In this document: positions 37,540 through 50,200 of the stretch, one piece after another | Numbering within the stretch: position 1 is the first letter of the stretch | Layout: every line of letters begins with the position of its first letter | NCBI GenBank assembly: GCA_963675745.2 | Contig: CAXXWX010000019.1 | Span: forward strand, 160,001-224,000 | Direction of reading: 5' to 3' | DNA from: Phycisphaerae bacterium | Lineage (GTDB): Bacteria; Planctomycetota; Phycisphaerae; UBA1845; Fen-1342 | Length of the DNA: 64,000 nt | The notes under the pieces: generated by a model | What the model was told of the DNA's origin: nothing | Database searches by the model: none | The model's input: the letters and a program-made list of their open reading frames with translations, nothing else | Program-made: the position numbers and the translations under genes

Positions 37540-40410
37540 TTACTGCGCGAGGGCGTCGGCGATGTACTCGATTACGTGGCGCGGCTTGGCACCCGTATGG
37601 TGCTCGATGTGATGCCGGCAACTGAAACCGCTGATGGCGATGTCGGCGTCGCCGCGATTGCGGACCGCCGGGAACAGCCGCTGCTCGCCGACGGCCTTGG
37701 CCACGTCGTAGTGCTCAACCTCATGGCCGAACGCGCCCGCCATGCCACAACAGCCGCTGTCGATCTCCGCCGCGCCGCCGCAGGTGCAGGCGCGTAGCGC
37801 GTTCATCGCATCCCCCGTGCCGGTGATGGCCTTCTGATGACAATGCCCGTGGTAGAGCAGCGGTCGCCGACCGTCCTTGAAGTTCAATGCGTCGGGGCGC
37901 TCGGCGAGCGTGTGGCCGACCAGCGTTTCGATCGTCCGGGCCAGTTCCGCGATACGCCGTGCCTGCGGCGTGCGTACGAACTGCGGCAGTTCATCGGTTA
38001 ATGCCGACACGCAGCTCGGCTCGGTGCCGACGATCGGCAGTCCTTCTTCGGCGAAGGGCGTGAGAATCTCGACGTTGTCCTGCGCCAGCAGTTTCGCCTC
38101 ATTCAGCAGGCCCTTGCTGATCAATGGCCGTCCACAGCAAACCGTCGGCGGCACGAGCACTTGATATCCGAGCGCCTCGAGTACTTTCACCGTCGCCTTG
38201 CCGACCTGTGGCGTGTAACAGTTCACCCAGGTGTCAACAAAATAGACGATGCGGGGCTTGCCCACGTTTTGCGGCGCGCGTTTCGCGAACCAGCGCCGGA
38301 ACGTCGGGCTGGCGAATCTGGGCGGCGGGACACGGCGGTCGAGCCCGTAAAAGTGCTCCATGAACACGCGCGCGATCGGGTTCTGCATCATCCAGTTGGA
38401 CAGCGGCGCGAAGAGGCTGCCCCAGGTTGCCAGCTCGATCGAGCGCGCGATGAGCCGGCTGCGCCGCGGGACGCCGGCGCGCTCATTGCGCGCGTGGAGC
38501 CACTCGGCTTTCAGCTTGGCCATGTCCGTGCCGGTCGGGCACTCTGTCTTGCAGGCCTTACAGCTCAGGCAGAGGTCGAAGACGTCTTCGAGTTGCGGGT
38601 CGGCGAGGCCGTCGAGCAGTGGTTTGTTTGAAAGAGCGTGGCGCAGAGCGTTGGCTCGCGCTCGCGTGGTGTGCGTCTCGTCGCCGGTCGCCATGTACGA
38701 CGGGCACATGGTGCCGACCAGGCGTTGGCGGCACTGTCCGATGCCGCTGCACATGTCGGCGAGCCCGGCCATGCCGCCGTGCGCGCCAAAATCGAGCACC
38801 GTCGACGGCTGCTGTGACTCGAACCCCTCGCCGTAACGCAGATTCGCGTCCATCGGCAAGGGCTCGACGATCTTGCCGGGATTGAGAATGCCCTGTGGAT
38901 CGAAGGCCGTTTTTACCTTGCGAAACGCCTCCACCAGCTTCGGGCCGTAGAGTTTCGCGATCCACTCCGAGCGCACGATCCCGTCGCCGTGCTCGCCGCT
39001 CATGGCCCCGCCAAACTCGTGTACCAACGAGCTGACGCGCTCGCCGATGCTGCGCAGGCGGGCGATGTCTTCGCGCTGTCTGAGGTTCAGCGCTGGGCGA
39101 ACGTGCAGCAGGCCGACGCTGGCGTGGGCGTAATAGCCGACTTCCTCAACACCTTCCTCGCGCAGAACCTGTTGCAGGCGTGCGATGTAGTCGTGCAGTT
39201 TCTCCGGGGGAACGGCGCAATCATCCACGAAGTCGTACGGCTGGAGCGGCCCGGGTCGTGACATCAGCAGTCCGGTTCCCGCCTTGCGCACATCCCACAC
39301 GTCGGCCTGACGCGCGGGATCGGTAATCACCGGCCAGGCATAGCCGATCTTCCTGGCGCGCAGATCGGCCGCCACCTCGCGCAGTCGCCGGTCCAGTGCG
39401 TCGGCATTGTCCGCATAAAACTCGACCGCCAGCACCGCCGCCGGATCGCCTTCCAGGAACCAGCGCCGGCGCTCCATCGCCGGATTGCCCCTGGTCTGGT
39501 CGAGGATGAACTTGTCGACCAGCTCGACGGCGGCCGGCTTGAGCTGCAGCAGGGCCGGCACCGAGGCCATGGCTTCGAGCAGGTCGGCGTAGTGGACGGC
39601 GATAAGACCCGGGTGCTTCGGCAGCGGCAGCAGGTTCAGCGTCGTCCCGGCCACGATGCACAGTGTGCCCTCACTGCCGACCACGAGTTGCTCGACATTC
39701 ACACGCGCGTTATCGACGTTCAGGCGATCCAGTGCGTAACCGCCGTTGTGGCGCATCACCTTCGGAAAGCGCGCGGCGACTTCACCGGCGTATTCGCGCT
39801 TGATCGATGTCAGGGCCTCCTCACACCGTCGTGCCGCGGCGTTATTGGCGGAATCGCCGTTCACGCCCCAGCGACAGGTTGAACCGTCGGCAAGCACAAC
39901 GTCGATGTCGATTACGTGGTCGCATGTTCGGCCCACGACAATCGAGCGCGCTCCGCACGAATTGTTGCCGATCATTCCGCCGACAGTTGCGCGGCTCGAG
40001 GTCGCGACGTCCGGCGCGAAGTGCAGGCCGTGTGGTTTCAGTTGCGCGTTCAGCTCGTCGAGCACGACGCCGGGCTCGACTCGCGCGCTGCGCGTTTCGG
40101 GGTTGATCTCCAGAATACGGCCCAGGTAGCGTGAGCAATCGAGTTGTACGCCGTGATTAACCACCGCGCCCGTGAGCCCGGTGCCGGCGCCGCGTGGCGT
40201 GATTGGGACGCCGTGCTGGGCGCATAGTCGCACCACGGCCGAGATGTCCGCCACGGTCTTCGGCAGCACGACGATATCAGGCACGATTTCGTAAATGCTG
40301 GCGTCGGTGGCGTAGAGCGCTCTGGTGAGGGCATCGCAGCGCACCTCTCCGGCGATGGCTGCCTGTAACTCGCTCGCAAGCGCCGCGGCGCCGGCTGAAT
40401 CATCAATCAT
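37540..40410 (-). CDS. FAD-binding and (Fe-S)-binding oxidoreductase (GlcD/GlcF fusion, YdiJ-like)
   Basis: YATDASIY, PRGAGT, GGMIGNNSCG, GSEGTL, SGEHGDG, CLSCKACKTECP, CCGRP, HGHCHQKA, GCCGMAG. Confidence 0.93.
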   Translation of the reverse strand: MIDDSAGAAALASELQAAIAGEVRCDALTRALYATDASIYEIVPDIVVLPKTVADISAVVRLCAQHGVPITPRGAGTGLTGAVVNHGVQLDCSRYLGRILEINPETRSARVEPGVVLDELNAQLKPHGLHFAPDVATSSRATVGGMIGNNSCGARSIVVGRTCDHVIDIDVVLADGSTCRWGVNGDSANNAAARRCEEALTSIKREYAGEVAARFPKVMRHNGGYALDRLNVDNARVNVEQLVVGSEGTLCIVAGTTLNLLPLPKHPGLIAVHYADLLEAMASVPALLQLKPAAVELVDKFILDQTRGNPAMERRRWFLEGDPAAVLAVEFYADNADALDRRLREVAADLRARKIGYAWPVITDPARQADVWDVRKAGTGLLMSRPGPLQPYDFVDDCAVPPEKLHDYIARLQQVLREEGVEEVGYYAHASVGLLHVRPALNLRQREDIARLRSIGERVSSLVHEFGGAMSGEHGDGIVRSEWIAKLYGPKLVEAFRKVKTAFDPQGILNPGKIVEPLPMDANLRYGEGFESQQPSTVLDFGAHGGMAGLADMCSGIGQCRQRLVGTMCPSYMATGDETHTTRARANALRHALSNKPLLDGLADPQLEDVFDLCLSCKACKTECPTGTDMAKLKAEWLHARNERAGVPRRSRLIARSIELATWGSLFAPLSNWMMQNPIARVFMEHFYGLDRRVPPPRFASPTFRRWFAKRAPQNVGKPRIVYFVDTWVNCYTPQVGKATVKVLEALGYQVLVPPTVCCGRPLISKGLLNEAKLLAQDNVEILTPFAEEGLPIVGTEPSCVSALTDELPQFVRTPQARRIAELARTIETLVGHTLAERPDALNFKDGRRPLLYHGHCHQKAITGTGDAMNALRACTCGGAAEIDSGCCGMAGAFGHEVEHYDVAKAVGEQRLFPAVRNRGDADIAISGFSCRHHIEHHTGAKPRHVIEYIADALAQ

Positions 40411-40577
40411 TGCACCACTCCAGTGTGGCCGCGCGGATCGCGGCCGATCATGGAGCCACATCATCGTGCCGACGCCGGTGACGGTCAATTGCGGCGGACT
40501 GTGGCGGTCAGTTCGCGGGGGGCCCCGCGCGCGGACGGCCTTCTCCCGACGCCGGTGTCGCCGTATCATCGTTTATC

Positions 40578-42164
40578 ATGACTACGATCGACGTGCTTTA
40601 TGACCTTACCTGTGCGGCGAGCGATGCGGCGCGTTTTGCGCGCGACATCGCCCTCGAACAGACCGTTGAGGTTCCCGAAGCGGTTGCCACCGCCGCCGAC
40701 CTGCCGGCGGGGATCGTCGGCGAGGTGGCGGATATCCAACCGCGCGCCGGTGCCGCCGGCTGTTTTCGCGCCACGATTCGGTACGGCGCCGACCTTGCCG
40801 CGCTGCAATTGCCCCAACTGCTCAACCTGCTCTACGGGAATATCTCGATCAAGAACAACGTCCGCATCGTGGATGTTAGCCTGCCGGCGGAGTTCATCGC
40901 CAACTTCAAGGGGCCCAACTACGGCGATAGCGGCCTGCGCAGACTGCTGGGCGTGTACGATCGCCCGTTGCTGGCCACCGCCATCAAGCCGCGCGGGGCG
41001 CGACTCGACCACCTGACGTCCATCGTGCGCGACTTCGCCCTCGGCGGCGGCGACATCATCAAGGACGATCACAACCTCGTCGATCTCTCATTCGACGCGT
41101 TCGAAACGCGGGTTACCGCCTGTCAGAGGGCTGTTGAGGAAGCCAATGCCGGCACGGGGCACCATGCGCTCTATTTCCCGATGTTGATGCCGCCCGCTGA
41201 TCAGCTCGAGCGCCACATCGACTTTCTGCTGAGCCGTGGCATCCGCGGCGTGCTGGTGTGCCCGTTCATTCAGGGCGTTGACACGATTCGGCATCTGGCC
41301 GAAACGCATCGCCTGGCAATCATGGCCCACCCCGCCTTCTGCGGGACGTTCCTGCACGACGAGACGCACGGCATCGCCGCACATGTGTTGCTCGGCACGC
41401 TGCTGCGCCTGGCGGCCGCCGACGCGTCGATCTTCCCCAACCACGGTGGTCGTTTTGCCTTTACGCGCGAGCGGTGTGCGTCGATCAGCCGCGCTCTGCG
41501 CGAGCCGCTGGGGAATCTGAAGCCCGCCATGCCCGTGCCGGCCGGCGGGATGCGCTTCGAGAGCATCCCCGACATGGCCGAGCTGTATCAGGCCGATGCT
41601 ATTTTCCTCATCGGTGGGGCCCTGCTGAGCCACTCGCGCAGCCTGCGTGATAGCACGGCGGCATTCGTCGAACGCGTCGGCGAACACTTCAGCCCGCGAT
41701 ACACCCCGCCCGAGCGCGACTTGTTCCCGCTGGGCAGCGCGTGCGAACACGGTGTCAGCGAGCTGGTCGAGGGAATCAGGACGCACCTGCGATTCAACGC
41801 CGACTTCACCTGGCAGGGCCGCAGCGCCGTGGCATACAAGTCTTCTGCGGAGCTCCCGTTTCGTGACGTTGAGCGTACTGAACTGGTCGGAAAAACCGGT
41901 GAGCCGGCGGCGTTTGACCTGCGCTATTTCCAGATCGCTCCGCAAGGCTTCACCAGCCTTGAGAGGCACCGTCACATTCACGCCGTCATTTGTGCCCGCG
42001 GTCGGGGTGTGCTGCTGGTCGACGAGCGGCGCATCGAATTGCGGCCGCTGGACGTGGCGTACATTGAGCCGAACGCCGTTCACCAGCTCCGCAACGAATC
42101 CACGGAGCCGCTGGGGTTCTTCTGCATCGTCGATCGCGAGCGCGATCAGCCGCGTCGGCCATAG
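40578..42164 (+). CDS. RuBisCO-like protein (form IV) fused to C-terminal cupin
   Basis: IALEQTVE, TAIKPRG, GGGDIIKDDH, MAHPA, PVPAGGM, LIGG, then cupin LRYFQI...SLERHRHIHAV...HQLRN..EPLGFFCIVDRERD. Confidence 0.92.
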   Translation: MTTIDVLYDLTCAASDAARFARDIALEQTVEVPEAVATAADLPAGIVGEVADIQPRAGAAGCFRATIRYGADLAALQLPQLLNLLYGNISIKNNVRIVDVSLPAEFIANFKGPNYGDSGLRRLLGVYDRPLLATAIKPRGARLDHLTSIVRDFALGGGDIIKDDHNLVDLSFDAFETRVTACQRAVEEANAGTGHHALYFPMLMPPADQLERHIDFLLSRGIRGVLVCPFIQGVDTIRHLAETHRLAIMAHPAFCGTFLHDETHGIAAHVLLGTLLRLAAADASIFPNHGGRFAFTRERCASISRALREPLGNLKPAMPVPAGGMRFESIPDMAELYQADAIFLIGGALLSHSRSLRDSTAAFVERVGEHFSPRYTPPERDLFPLGSACEHGVSELVEGIRTHLRFNADFTWQGRSAVAYKSSAELPFRDVERTELVGKTGEPAAFDLRYFQIAPQGFTSLERHRHIHAVICARGRGVLLVDERRIELRPLDVAYIEPNAVHQLRNESTEPLGFFCIVDRERDQPRRP

Positions 42165-42307
42165 GTGCCTCGCGACGGCCGGCCCGCCGGGCTTTGGCGA
42201 CGCGCTTGGCGCAGACGCGCGGCGGGACAAGCCAGGCTCATCCCGCCGCGGTTGCATCATGCGACCAGGTCACCCAGACGGGTGATGGTGGTACGAAGGC
42301 AGCGGGC

Positions 42308-43681
<1,374 letters not shown>

Positions 43682-44101
43682 TTACTCCATGCGGTGCGCG
43701 GACTCTCGTCCAACCCAATCGGGGAAAGAGAAAATTGGTAGGAACCAAAACGTTTGGCATGTATGCAGCACGCTCTTTCTGAGAAGCGGTGCTTCGCGGA
43801 TTCAACGACCACCGCCGTAACTCGCCGGTAACGATCGCGCGCCCGCGGAAACCGTCGTCGCCACCCTGTCAGGGGCAACGATGAAAAAACGTGCAAGCGA
43901 CTATTCTTGCACATCCGCGGGCTGCTTGGCAAGGCGTCGGCGCCTATTTCCCCGGAATTCCGGCCCATACTCGGCAGGTGGCCGTCGGCGACCACGGGGC
44001 GCCGGCCGGCGACCAGCGCCCCGCCCGCCTGTCCCCGGTTTCGCCGCTTGGTTACAATCAGCATCGGTAATCACCGGGCGACGCTATCGCGGGAGCCGGC
44101 C

Positions 44102-44626
44102 GTGGATCTGTGGAAGAAATTCGATCAGAACATCATCAGCCACAGTGCCGCCCACCACCTGATGGCCATCGATGATCTGTTCAGTAAATTCGGTTACGCC
44201 CGGGTCTCGGATGTGGCCCGGCTGTTGAACATCACGCGCGGCAGCGTCTCGATTTCTCTGCAACCGCTCAAGAAATCCGGCCTGGTCATCCAGGACGAGA
44301 ATCGGCACGTGCGGCTCTCAGCCGCCGGTCAGGGCCTGGTGGATGCCATCAAGACCAAGCGCGAGCTGATTCGACGGCTGTTGACCGATCTTCTCGGAGT
44401 GCCGGCGGCCGAAGCCGAGACCGATGCCTGCAAGATAGAGCATCTGATCAGCAACCAGACGGCGCAGCGGCTGGTGCTGTTTCTGCGTTTTATTGACGAG
44501 GGTAAAGAGCCGGCCGCCGGGTTCCTCGCCGCGCTGCGTGGATTTCACGAGGAGTGTTCTCGGGATCCGGCAATCTGCCCGACATGTGACACGCAGTGCC
44601 GCGCGGAGAATGTGAGGCCCGAGTAG
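44102..44626 (+). CDS. DtxR/MntR-family metal-dependent regulator with C-terminal Cys cluster
   Basis: GYARVSDVARLLNITRGSVS HTH, DACKIEHLIS, tail CSRDPAICPTCDTQC. GTG start with GGGAG RBS. Confidence 0.9.
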   Translation: MDLWKKFDQNIISHSAAHHLMAIDDLFSKFGYARVSDVARLLNITRGSVSISLQPLKKSGLVIQDENRHVRLSAAGQGLVDAIKTKRELIRRLLTDLLGVPAAEAETDACKIEHLISNQTAQRLVLFLRFIDEGKEPAAGFLAALRGFHEECSRDPAICPTCDTQCRAENVRPE

Positions 44627-44768
44627 GGCCCCGCCGGCGTGCTGGTGGCAAACGGCCGACTCGGGGTCGGCCGCTACCGGTTGGCCGCTACCGTTGGCCG
44701 CTACCAGTCGGCTGCTTTGATAGGCGCAACGTGCTTCAGAAGATTGTGGGCCCTGCAAGAGGGAGAAC

Positions 44769-45194
44769 GTGGTGGCCACGCTGACGAACTCTGATCTGGT
44801 CGACGAGCTCAACGTCGTATTCGCGGAGGAGACGGAGGCGGCCATTCGCTATCTGCACCTGCTCACCGCGGTGCGCGGGATGGATCGGCTCATCGTTGAG
44901 CCGGTGCTGAGACAGGCGTTTGAAGAGACAATCCAGCACGCCCAGATGATCGGTCAGAAGTTGCGCACGCTGGGCGCGGTTCCCAAGCTGCGGATTACGC
45001 TCGATTGCCCGCCCGAGCCGCTCACCGGCAAGCAGGCCATCGAAATCGCCCTGACGTTCGAAGAGGCGGCGCTGGAAGCCTATGGCGACATGCTCAAGCG
45101 GGTCGAAGGCGACGTTGTGCTGGAGGAGTTTGTCCGCGCGCAGGTGGCCGCCGAATCACAACACGTCGCCGAGTTGAAGGAACTGCTCGACTGA
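44769..45194 (+). CDS. Ferritin-like (bacterioferritin-like) four-helix protein
   Basis: EE.EA..RY, EETIQHA, EEAALEAY, ESQH diiron-type pattern. Confidence 0.85.
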   Translation: MVATLTNSDLVDELNVVFAEETEAAIRYLHLLTAVRGMDRLIVEPVLRQAFEETIQHAQMIGQKLRTLGAVPKLRITLDCPPEPLTGKQAIEIALTFEEAALEAYGDMLKRVEGDVVLEEFVRAQVAAESQHVAELKELLD

Positions 45195-45196
45195 TC

Positions 45197-47080
45197 TCAC
45201 GGGCTCGGCTGAGTCGTGTTCCCCGCGCCGGGAGCCCGCCACGCGTCATCGATGCCTGGAATCAAGCGCTCCGCCTGTTCGCGGTGGTCTCGCGCTTCGT
45301 CGGTCAGTCCGGCGGCCGATAGCAGCTCTGCCAGAAGAAAGTGCGCGGCGCCGTCCCTTGGATCGAGTTTTAAGGCGGTCCGCAGTGATGCGATCGCTTC
45401 CTCCGGCCTGTCCTGGGCCATCAGGGCCGCACCGAGCCCGGTGTGTGCCGGCGCGATTTGTGGCGCCAGCGCGATGACGGCCCGAAAGGACGCCTCGGCG
45501 TCGGTTACCCGATTGAGCTCCAGTTGCACGCGTGCCAGGTCAAGGTGGTCGGCAAACTGGTTGGGATCGGCGGCAACCGCTTCCTCCAGGTAGGCCGCGG
45601 CGCGACCCGGCTGCCCCGCACGGTAGTACGCCTCGCCGAGGATGCTCGCCTGGCGCGCGTAGTCCACATCTCTCACACCCCACAGAGCCGAGTTGGAAAG
45701 CACCACCAGCAGCACGAGCGCGGCTCCGGCCAGGCGCAATTGTTTGTACCGCCGAAATCGCACGGCCGCAATCAGCCAGAACACGGCCTGGGCGGCATAG
45801 ATCGCCAACAGCGGTACGAGCGGGATGCGAAATCGCCCGGTCACAAAAAACGCCACGATCGTCAGTGCGTACAGGGCGATGATCCAGCGCGGCAGGCCGG
45901 CCAGGGGAGTCGGCCTGGCGGGCAGGAACATGCCGATCAGCGCCAGCGGAAGCAATACGCCGCCTGGAAACGCGACGCCGGGGTTGTGCTGCCAAAACAG
46001 AGTCGCCGCCAACGGCGACCATAGTCGATCGAGATACATCGAGCGATTCGACTCAATCTCGAAGCCGTTCAGCAGGTAGTACACCTTGCGCACGGTCAAT
46101 CCGAGCGCGCCAGCCGGGTTCTCGCGCCAATACGCGAGTCCTCGGGCAAACCAGAATCGCGATACCGCGGAGTCAGTCATCGGGTGGCCGCTGAGCGCCT
46201 CGGCGTTGGCGCGCGAGGACCACCAGACGTTGTCAACGTATTTCTCGTGCCGCACCCAGGCCGGCGGGATAAAAGCGACCGCGGTTTTGCCATCCGCTTC
46301 CGCATGATTGCCGATGTAGAAGTTGGCCCCGCCTTGGGTGCTGATCAGCACCCACTCGCCGCCGATGACACGGTTGTGTAGAGTGACTGGCAGTATCGGC
46401 AGCATAAGACCCGCGCCGAATACCAGGACGTGCGCGAGCGTTCTGCGATTCTCGTCGGCGCGCCGCCTCTTCCACAGCCACCACAGCACTATGGCCGGCG
46501 CAATAACCAGGAACGTCGGTCGCGTGATCGCGCTACAGCCCAACAGCCCGCCACAGAACAGCCAGCGCGCGGCGGTCGGCCGGGCCGCGGCCGCATGCAG
46601 CGCCAGCAACATCGCCAGGAACAAAAAGACCGCCAATGACGGGATCAGTAGCTCGTTCTCGAAGTAGATCAACGGTCCGTACAGGGCGCAGATGAAGCCG
46701 GCGAGCGCGCCGGCCGCGGCATTCACCATACGTCTGCCGAGGAGCACCACGAGAACGCAACTGATTGCACCGAGCAGGTGCTGGACAACACGCGCCCCCA
46801 GGAAACTCTCACCGGTGAGTCGGTAAGCGCCGGCCAGGAACAACGGATACAGCGGCGCGCGAAAGAACGGGTGTTTTTCGGTCCACTCTCCGGCCGCCAG
46901 GGTTTGCGCCCATTCGGCGTGCCAGCGCGCGTCGGTCTGAAACACGTTGAACAGCGGGCCGGCTGACACCTGGTGCATGTAGAGCAGGCGCACGCCGACG
47001 GCCAGCACGAACACCGCAACTATGATCAACGGTCGCTCAGCGCTGATCAGGCCTCGGAGTGTTCCCGGCCGTTCACTCAT
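45197..47080 (-). CDS. GT-C (PMT/ArnT-like) membrane glycosyltransferase with C-terminal TPRs
   Basis: FFRAPLYPLFLA, LIYFENELL, GGANFYIGNH, RFRIPLVP, TPR tail. Start 47080 or 47125. Confidence 0.85.
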   Translation of the reverse strand: MSERPGTLRGLISAERPLIIVAVFVLAVGVRLLYMHQVSAGPLFNVFQTDARWHAEWAQTLAAGEWTEKHPFFRAPLYPLFLAGAYRLTGESFLGARVVQHLLGAISCVLVVLLGRRMVNAAAGALAGFICALYGPLIYFENELLIPSLAVFLFLAMLLALHAAAARPTAARWLFCGGLLGCSAITRPTFLVIAPAIVLWWLWKRRRADENRRTLAHVLVFGAGLMLPILPVTLHNRVIGGEWVLISTQGGANFYIGNHAEADGKTAVAFIPPAWVRHEKYVDNVWWSSRANAEALSGHPMTDSAVSRFWFARGLAYWRENPAGALGLTVRKVYYLLNGFEIESNRSMYLDRLWSPLAATLFWQHNPGVAFPGGVLLPLALIGMFLPARPTPLAGLPRWIIALYALTIVAFFVTGRFRIPLVPLLAIYAAQAVFWLIAAVRFRRYKQLRLAGAALVLLVVLSNSALWGVRDVDYARQASILGEAYYRAGQPGRAAAYLEEAVAADPNQFADHLDLARVQLELNRVTDAEASFRAVIALAPQIAPAHTGLGAALMAQDRPEEAIASLRTALKLDPRDGAAHFLLAELLSAAGLTDEARDHREQAERLIPGIDDAWRAPGAGNTTQPSP

Positions 47081-47270
47081 GGCGCAATCTCTCGGTGCAT
47101 CCGGCCGCGCGGGCGTTTCCAGCATGCGAGCGGCTGCGCGGATGCTGATTTGGCCAAGTTGGCCGGCGACCCGGTCAACGTTCTGGCTTTGCGCGGCATT
47201 CTGCTAGAATACGGAGCCATATGTCAGGCGACAAGGAAGCCCGGCACCAGACCCCTTTCATGAGGGCGCG

Positions 47271-50200
47271 ATGAAGAGCGCGGATCCCGTGACGGACGCA
47301 CAAGACGAACAGCTCATGCAGGCGACCGCCGGACACCCCTGGCGCCTGGGCCGCTTCCCCACGCTGATGCCGCAGCGCATCGAGGAGATTCTACTCGTCT
47401 CCAGTCCTTATGATTCCTTCATCCTCGAGGAAGACGGCCTGTTGACCGAGCTGATCTCGTCGGAATACTCGGATCTCGGTCTGACGCACTCGCCCAACGT
47501 CACGCGGGTTTCGACGGCGGGTAATGCGCTGTCCGCCATCGAACACCAGAAATTCGATCTAGTAATCGCGATGCAGCGGCTTGGTGACATGGATGTCAGC
47601 CGTTTTGCGAGCACCGTGCGTGAAGTGGACAAGGATCTGCCAATCGCAATGCTGGTTTCCAGTGACCTGGAGCTGAAGCGCTTCGCCGAGGTCGCCGGCA
47701 GGTTCGAGGGTGGTACGGCCTACGTATGGCACGGCGACGCCAAGCTCTTTCTCGCGATTATCAAGGTGCTCGAGGATCGGCTCAACGTCGAACATGACAC
47801 GCGTGCCGCCGGCGTCGGCACTATTATTTTCCTCGAGGACTCGATCCAGTACCGTTCGCTGCTGCTGCCCATTCTCTACAGTGAGTTGGTCAACCAGACC
47901 CGCTCGGTGCTCGCCGACGGCATTAACCGCATGCACAAGACACTCCGCATGCGTGCCCGCCCCAAGATCCTCGTGGCCGATACCTACGAGCAGGGCGTGG
48001 AGTATTACTCGCGCTACCGCAAGTACCTGTTCGGCGTTATCGCCGACGTGCGTTTCCCGCGCGAGGGGATTCACGATCCGCGCGCCGGGCTCGACTTCAT
48101 CCGCATGGTCAAGGCTGATTACCGCGACATGCCTGCGTTGCTGCAATCTTCGGAGGAGCGCAACCGCGAGTTGGCCGAGGCGGTCGGCGCGCAGTTTCTC
48201 CACAAACGCTCCCCGACGCTGTTGCAGGACGTGCGCGACTTCATGTTGGGCAATTTCGGCTTCGGCGACTTCGTATTTCGCCTGCCCGACCATCACGAAA
48301 TCACACGCGCCGCCGACCTGCGCGCCATGCGCATGGCCCTCGAGGATGTGCCGGCCGAGTCGATTGAATACCACGCGCGACGGAATCACTTCTCCAACTG
48401 GCTGCGCGCGCGAACCGAGTTCGAGCTCGCCGCGCGCCTGCGGCCCCGCCGCGTATCCGAATTCGGCAATTTCGAAGACCTCAGACGCTACCTGATCGAC
48501 TCGTGCGAAGAGGCCCTGCGACGCAACCGGCGCGGCGTCGTCGAGGATTTCTCACGCCTTCGTTTTGACGAGGGTGTCCATTTCGCACGCATCGGCGGTG
48601 GTTCGCTCGGCGGCAAGGCCCGCGGACTGGCGTTTGTCGACGCGTTGATTGCTCGACACAAGTTGCACCAGGCTTACAAGGGTGTGCAAATCTCGGTGCC
48701 GCGATCCGTCGTGATCGGGACCGATGTCTTCGACGGTTTTCTGGCCACAAACAACCTCTGGCCGGTTATCCACGGCGAGGCCACGGACCGCGAGTTGCGC
48801 GCCGCGTTTCTCCGCGCGGAGTTTCCCAAACGCGTGCTCAAAGACCTGCGGGCGTTTCTGCACGTGGTGCGCGATCCGATCGCCGTGCGCTCATCCAGTC
48901 TGCTCGAAGACTCCCAGTACCACCCGTTTGCGGGGATCTATGAAACGTTCATGATCCCGAACAACGAGTACAACGGCCGCCAGCGCCTGGCGCGCCTGGC
49001 CGATGCCATCAAGCTGGTGTACGCATCGGCCCACTTCGCCGGCGTACGGCGCTACCTTCAGAACACCCCGTACCGAATTGAAGAGCAAAAGATGGCGGTC
49101 GTTATGCAGCCCGTCGTGGGCCAACGGCGCGGCCGGAACTACTATCCGAGCTTTGCCGGAACCGCACGCTCCTTCAACTTCTACCCCGTCGGACATATGC
49201 GTCCCGAAGATGGCATCGCGTCCGTCGTGTTGGGGTTGGGGGGCATGGTCGTCGATGGTGGGGCCGCGCTGCGCTTCTGCCCGGCGCATCCGCGGATACT
49301 CCCGCAGTTCGGCGAAATGGAGGAGTTTCTGAATCAATCGCAGCGGTCGTTTCTCGCCATTGATCTTGAAAGCGACGCGCGTGGATTGGGTAGCGAGAAC
49401 TTCAGAAGCTTGGTGAACCTCGATCTGGAAGTTGCCGAGCGCGACGGCACCCTAGCCCCGGTCGGCTCGGTCTGGTCACCAGAGAATGACGCCCTCTACG
49501 ATGGGATCCATCGTGCCGGCGTGCGCGTGGTCACCTTTGCCCATGTGTTGAAATCCGAAATCTTCCCGCTTGCCAAAATACTCCGCCAACTGCTGGCCAT
49601 CGGCAAGGCCGGCCTCAACGCGCCTGTCGACGTGGAATTCGCCGCCAATCTCGACACCGACCCGATGCAGTTTGTCGTGCTTCAGATTCGCCCCTGTGTC
49701 GGCAACGGCGACCAGCGCGACATCGACGTGGACGGCCTGCCGCGTGACGAACTACTGTGCGACAGCCCGCAGGCGCTTGGCAACGGTGTGATCACCGGTG
49801 TCAGTGATATCCTCTACGTGCGTCCGGAGCACTTCGATCCGGCCAGGACCGAGACAATCGCGCACGAGATCGGCGTGTTAAACGCTGATTTGGCAGCCGA
49901 ACGGCGCAACTGTATGCTCATTGGCCCGGGGCGTTGGGGGACCACCACCAACTGGCTCGGCATTCCAGTGAACTGGTCGCAAATCTCGACGGCGCGGGTG
50001 ATCGTCGAGGCCGCCCTGGACAACTTCACGATTGACCCATCCCAGGGCAGCCATTTCTTCCACAACCTCACCTCGTTCGGCATCGCCTATCTGTCGGTGA
50101 ACGCCCACGCGGGCGTGGGTTTCATCGATTGGGACTGGCTGCACGCGCAGCCCGCCGAGTGCGAAACGGACCTCGTGCGCCATGTCCGTCTGCCCGAGTC

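Noticed and set aside
40578..41700. CO2-fixing RuBisCO
   Set aside because: KDDH instead of KDDE, no small subunit or phosphoribulokinase nearby, and a cupin fusion all indicate a form IV RLP.
43754..43770. sigma54-like TTGGCATG-N4-CAGCA
   Set aside because: It points away from gdhA, lacks the TTGC -12 box, and lies about 330 nt from the next gene.
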